A DNA stretch of 64,000 nt, from positions 261,154 through 325,153 of the IMG/VR virus record IMGVR_UViG_3300021400_002728. One strand, 5' to 3'. The stretch comes from a virus (lineage: Duplodnaviria > Heunggongvirae > Uroviricota > Caudoviricetes). Below are positions 60,427 to 64,000 of the stretch, piece by piece. Every line of letters begins with the position of its first letter. The stretch's first letter is position 1. The notes under the pieces are model-generated. The model searched no databases. It had not been told where the DNA came from and saw nothing but the letters and a program-made list of their open reading frames with translations. Made by a program: the position numbers and the translations under genes.

Positions 60427-61725
60427 TTAATCAGCGAGCTCAACAAGATATCTGCAAGCTACCTGAGCTTTATCATACACGATAACTTCATCTCTTCGAA
60501 TGTATGAAGCAGAATTTGCGTGAGCATGTACTGACTGATAACCCATCTTTCTGAACTTCTCAAACTTCTTACTGTCAAGATCACAAACACGGATTTCTCC
60601 ATTAATTCGATCGTAGTTATTAGTGCAATCAAATGAATTGCCCTTAATAACAGCATTTACAAACATCCATCTGGACTGACGATCTGAATCTCTTCTTGTA
60701 TAGTTCCAAGACTTATTAGGACTTGGTGCACTATAGATACCATCACCAAATGCAGATCCGCAATAAGCTGCGTTTGCAGGTCGAATGATAAGACCGTTTG
60801 CCATGATCGAAAGAACGTTTTCAGCACCAGTACCATGCCAGTACAACTTAATGTTTGTATCACAATCTTCAAGACCGTTGGTCTTAAGATACTCAGCAAA
60901 CTCAGTATCTCTTACCGGATTTGCAACTTTATATACATGCTTAACTCTGAAAGATCCGGAATCAGATTCTTTCTTAAGTTTATCTTCGATCATCTTAACT
61001 TCCTTAGCAGTTGCAGTAGTAAAACCAAAACCAAATGCCTGCGAAATAGTATTTACACCATCTGCATTATTAGTAGCTTTACTCTGAAGGATAATGTTAT
61101 CCAACAGTGACTGCTCATTACTGATGTACTTATCGAGATCTTCGGCTTTAGGAAGCTGTGTAGGATTATATACTGCATCTCGTACATTTTTGATCTTTCT
61201 AGGAATGATCGTCCAGATCTTTAACAGTGCTTTATTAAACTGATCTGCGCATTCTTTAATAAAGCTTGCCTTTGTCTGAGAACTATCTGCAACTCCCTTT
61301 TTCTTACACCAGTTTTTATAACTATCTGATGTAGCGAAGTCGTTCTTAACAGTAGTAAGTGTATTGATAAGATCCTGAACTTCGGCGATTGTTGCAGGAT
61401 TCAAAGTTCCGATATCAGTCTGATTAGAGACGTACTGTCTTGAAATGGCGAGTAGATGATTGAGCAGCTTCTCAATTTCTGGATCATTCTCAGGTTTGTA
61501 ACCTTTCGTAACTGTCGTCGTCTTAGAAATGTCTTGATAACCTTTCTTCACCTTTGAGTTGTACTTAGATGACCAATCCTTAATAGGATAAGTAGTCTTA
61601 GTTCCATCAGTACCAACTCTTCCCCATGTTACAGTGAAAGTTCCATCATTGTTGTCATGCATGTGATAGAACTTGTTGTGATTGTCTGCGGTTACCATAA
61701 TGAGCTTTACATCTGCATTCGCCAT
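60427..61725 (-). CDS. WGR-domain poly(ADP-ribose) polymerase-like ADP-ribosyltransferase
   Basis: NKFY..VTWGRVG (WGR); YWHGT, FGDGIYSA, KSWNY, DEVIVYD (H-Y-E triad). Confidence 0.88.
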   Translation of the reverse strand: MANADVKLIMVTADNHNKFYHMHDNNDGTFTVTWGRVGTDGTKTTYPIKDWSSKYNSKVKKGYQDISKTTTVTKGYKPENDPEIEKLLNHLLAISRQYVSNQTDIGTLNPATIAEVQDLINTLTTVKNDFATSDSYKNWCKKKGVADSSQTKASFIKECADQFNKALLKIWTIIPRKIKNVRDAVYNPTQLPKAEDLDKYISNEQSLLDNIILQSKATNNADGVNTISQAFGFGFTTATAKEVKMIEDKLKKESDSGSFRVKHVYKVANPVRDTEFAEYLKTNGLEDCDTNIKLYWHGTGAENVLSIMANGLIIRPANAAYCGSAFGDGIYSAPSPNKSWNYTRRDSDRQSRWMFVNAVIKGNSFDCTNNYDRINGEIRVCDLDSKKFEKFRKMGYQSVHAHANSASYIRRDEVIVYDKAQVACRYLVELAD

Positions 61726-61798
61726 ACTTTTACCTCTTTTCTTATATCTTACACTGTGTATTGTTGGTATATAACTAACTTTATTAGATCTTAAATTT

Positions 61799-61827
61799 AT
61801 TATATCAAGAAATAGTATAAATGTAAA
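61799..61827 (-). promoter_or_regulatory. sigma70-type promoter for the PARP gene
   Basis: TTTACA-17-TATAAT. Confidence 0.8.
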
Positions 61828-61850
61828 TAGTTTCTAAAATATTTTTAGCT

Positions 61851-63262
61851 TTATACTTCAGGAATTTTTACTCCGAGTTCCTTAGCAATAACTGCAAATG
61901 CGAAAGCCACTTCTCTACGTTGCGACTCTGAAAATTTCTCTGCGATATTTGCAGTATCACTATCGCCTTCTAATGTTTCATTAACAGTTTTAACTAACTG
62001 TTCAATGGGGTACATTTTTTCCTTAATATAAAATGCTGATATGTGTTTATCCATAATCACGCCTCCTCAAAATGATATGCATTAGGTTGCATTCCGTAAG
62101 CACAAAGAAACTCTTCATATTTATGATGGATAATTATATCTTCACCAAATTTTGCAATCTGTACACGACATGCATTATGATATGAAGGATTTGTACTACC
62201 ATAACATTCAGGTTCAAGATCAAAACTAACAATAAATTCATGATCTACTTTATCTGAATATTCTTTTTCATGATAGTCAACTTCAATATTAGTAATAATA
62301 ACATGATATTCTTTAAGCCAATCATGAATATTACTTCTAAGTCTGCCCTGAATACACCTCATTTTTTCATGTGTCATTTCATTTGGATAATTTATATAAA
62401 ATTTGAACATATACTTTACTCCTCTATGAGAATATCTAAACAACCTTCAGTAATACCAGCTACAGTTACATCAAAATTCTTAAAGTTATTGTCAGGCCAC
62501 TCTTCATCTACTTTAGTAGAATATTGATAGAGCTTTCCTTTATAGATAATTTTATTAGCTGAAACTGGACCACTAGATAAAAGTTTAATGATTACTGGTG
62601 TGTCATTACTAAAAATTCTTGTAAATTCTCCAAGTGTCATATTCTCACCTCCTTAAGCAAAAACAAATGCCAATGCTATTTTATAAGCATTGACATTTTT
62701 CTCATTCTTACATAATTTCTTCAGGTGTTCCAATCGGATTTACATACTTACCACCATTAGAGCCAGATTCAATTTTATAGTCATCAATCCAATACTTAAT
62801 GTTATTTCTCTTAGCATTGAGTCTAATAGATTTATCAAATCTACTGCGAAGGATTCCATCCTTAGGTGTCTGAATATATGCATGAATGGTACCGTCGTCA
62901 CCAACCTTATCACGATCCATATAGATGGTGTGATATGACTCGTATTCTTCTACACTTTCAATGAATCCATCAATAGTGTCATCAATTGTATCTGATTTTA
63001 TAAGTTTAAAAGTTTTAATAACGCTTCTATGTCTAAAGCTATAATCATCAACAATATTAAGACTATCTGTTACACCTGCAAGTGCGATCTGTATTGTTTC
63101 AATCTTTCCAAGCATCTGAGAGTTCTTCATATACTCTCCATTATCTAACTTTTCAATACATTTGTCAGGCATATCAAGGATTTTTCCTGAACCGATATCT
63201 TCAATTTCCCAACCAGAAGGTGATGTTGCAGATCGCTGAACCTTAAAAATTCTCTGTACCAT
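61851..63262 (-). CDS. four hypothetical proteins
   Basis: ORFs 61851-62060, 62057-62443, 62416-62640, 62708-63262. Confidence 0.5.
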
Positions 63263-63356
63263 AATAGTTTTTCTCCTTTAAATAAATTCTATTTTTCGAT
63301 CTTTATTAAAGTAATTTCTCTATTATATATAAATAGTTCTTTATTACTATATCATT

Positions 63357-63385
63357 ATTATAATATGTTTTTTATTATTTGTAAA
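63357..63385 (-). promoter_or_regulatory. sigma70-type promoter
   Basis: TTTACA-17-TATAAT. Confidence 0.75.
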
Positions 63386-63402
63386 TAGATAAATCACAAA
63401 AA

Positions 63403-63441
63403 ATATAGGCACTGCCCTCAATTAAGAAGGCAGTACCTATT
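63403..63441 (-). terminator. intrinsic terminator after nrdD
   Basis: ataggcactgcc...ggcagtacctat stem followed by a T run on the minus strand. Confidence 0.65.
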
Positions 63442-63449
63442 TGTGTTAT

Positions 63450-63554
63450 TTAACAATTCGAACAAGCTGATCTAATATTTGTTACTTCTCCATGATGCTT
63501 TACACGATGCTGAACTTCATCGATCTTTCCATCATTGAATGCTGTGAGAAAATC
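63450..63554 (-). CDS. nrdD: last exon of anaerobic ribonucleotide reductase
   Basis: DFLTAFNDGKIDEVQHRVKH matches the NrdD C-terminus that follows the glycyl-radical loop; nrdG is nearby. Confidence 0.7.
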   Translation of the reverse strand, partial: DFLTAFNDGKIDEVQHRVKHHGEVTNIRSACSNC

Positions 63555-64000
63555 CTCTATCATATTAGATTGATTCCATAATACAATATAATTTAATTGT
63601 TTACTATATTCTTTTTTACGTATATCTAGACTTGTCCATACATTTATAGCAATTTTGTAGTACTTACTATTTTTACTTTTCCACATATTTAATTTTTCTA
63701 TATCTTGTTCATTAGTTTCATCAAAATAATGATTATTATGCGTCCAATGGAAATTACATTCTATAAATAAATCTAATGACTTAATATAAAAATCACAATT
63801 AAATGGATAACGTTCATCAGAATATTGTCTTACTATATCAGTTTCTTTAAATATAGTTAACAAATACTCATAAAATTTATCTTCAGCTTTAGATGAACAA
63901 AACGTATTATTTTTACGTTTTGTGTCATTTTGACGTTGAATCATTTCTTTCGAATGAACTTTTTCAATAACATTAGGTTGATTAAATGGATTTTTTACAC
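63450..64000 (-). CDS. homing endonuclease (5' partial), read in frame into the nrdD last exon
   Basis: Frame is open to the window edge; YPFNCDFYI..FIECNFHWTH resembles the intron-3 endonuclease. Confidence 0.75.
   Translation of the reverse strand, partial: VKNPFNQPNVIEKVHSKEMIQRQNDTKRKNNTFCSSKAEDKFYEYLLTIFKETDIVRQYSDERYPFNCDFYIKSLDLFIECNFHWTHNNHYFDETNEQDIEKLNMWKSKNSKYYKIAINVWTSLDIRKKEYSKQLNYIVLWNQSNMIEDFLTAFNDGKIDEVQHRVKHHGEVTNIRSACSNC

Noticed and set aside
1-64000. tRNA/rRNA genes and virion structural genes
   Set aside because: None recognisable by eye; a tRNAscan/Infernal run would be needed to exclude them fully.

Overview
AT-rich, gene-dense window with essentially all genes on the minus strand and standard genetic code. 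It looks like part of a very large mobile replicon of a Firmicutes/Clostridia-type host (jumbo phage or giant plasmid; no virion structural genes are visible here). It carries two RpoD-like sigma factors, ThyX, NrdG and the last exon of NrdD, UvrD, an SF2 helicase-nuclease, a WGR-PARP and an ADP-ribosylglycohydrolase, class B sortase, CheY, HD-GYP, a VanX-like dipeptidase, many small early-type ORFs and a family of zinc-finger homing endonucleases. Main result: an FtsK/SpoIIIE-type ATPase gene is broken inside its Walker A motif and appears to be reassembled by a THREE-piece split intein. The pieces are a 16-aa IntN at 35.8 kb, a free-standing extein-less middle Hint piece at 24.7-25.2 kb, and a 41-aa IntC at 7.4 kb. 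The C-terminal half is further interrupted by four group I introns, and the exons join into a clean 554-aa frame. A second FtsK-like N-half (57.5-58.8 kb) has a Pro-start mini-intein plus a 15-aa Ala-start IntN in its Walker A, and a second free-standing middle intein piece lies at 41.5-42.1 kb, suggesting a second three-piece system whose C-part is outside the window. All family assignments come from motif reading by eye; no searches were run.
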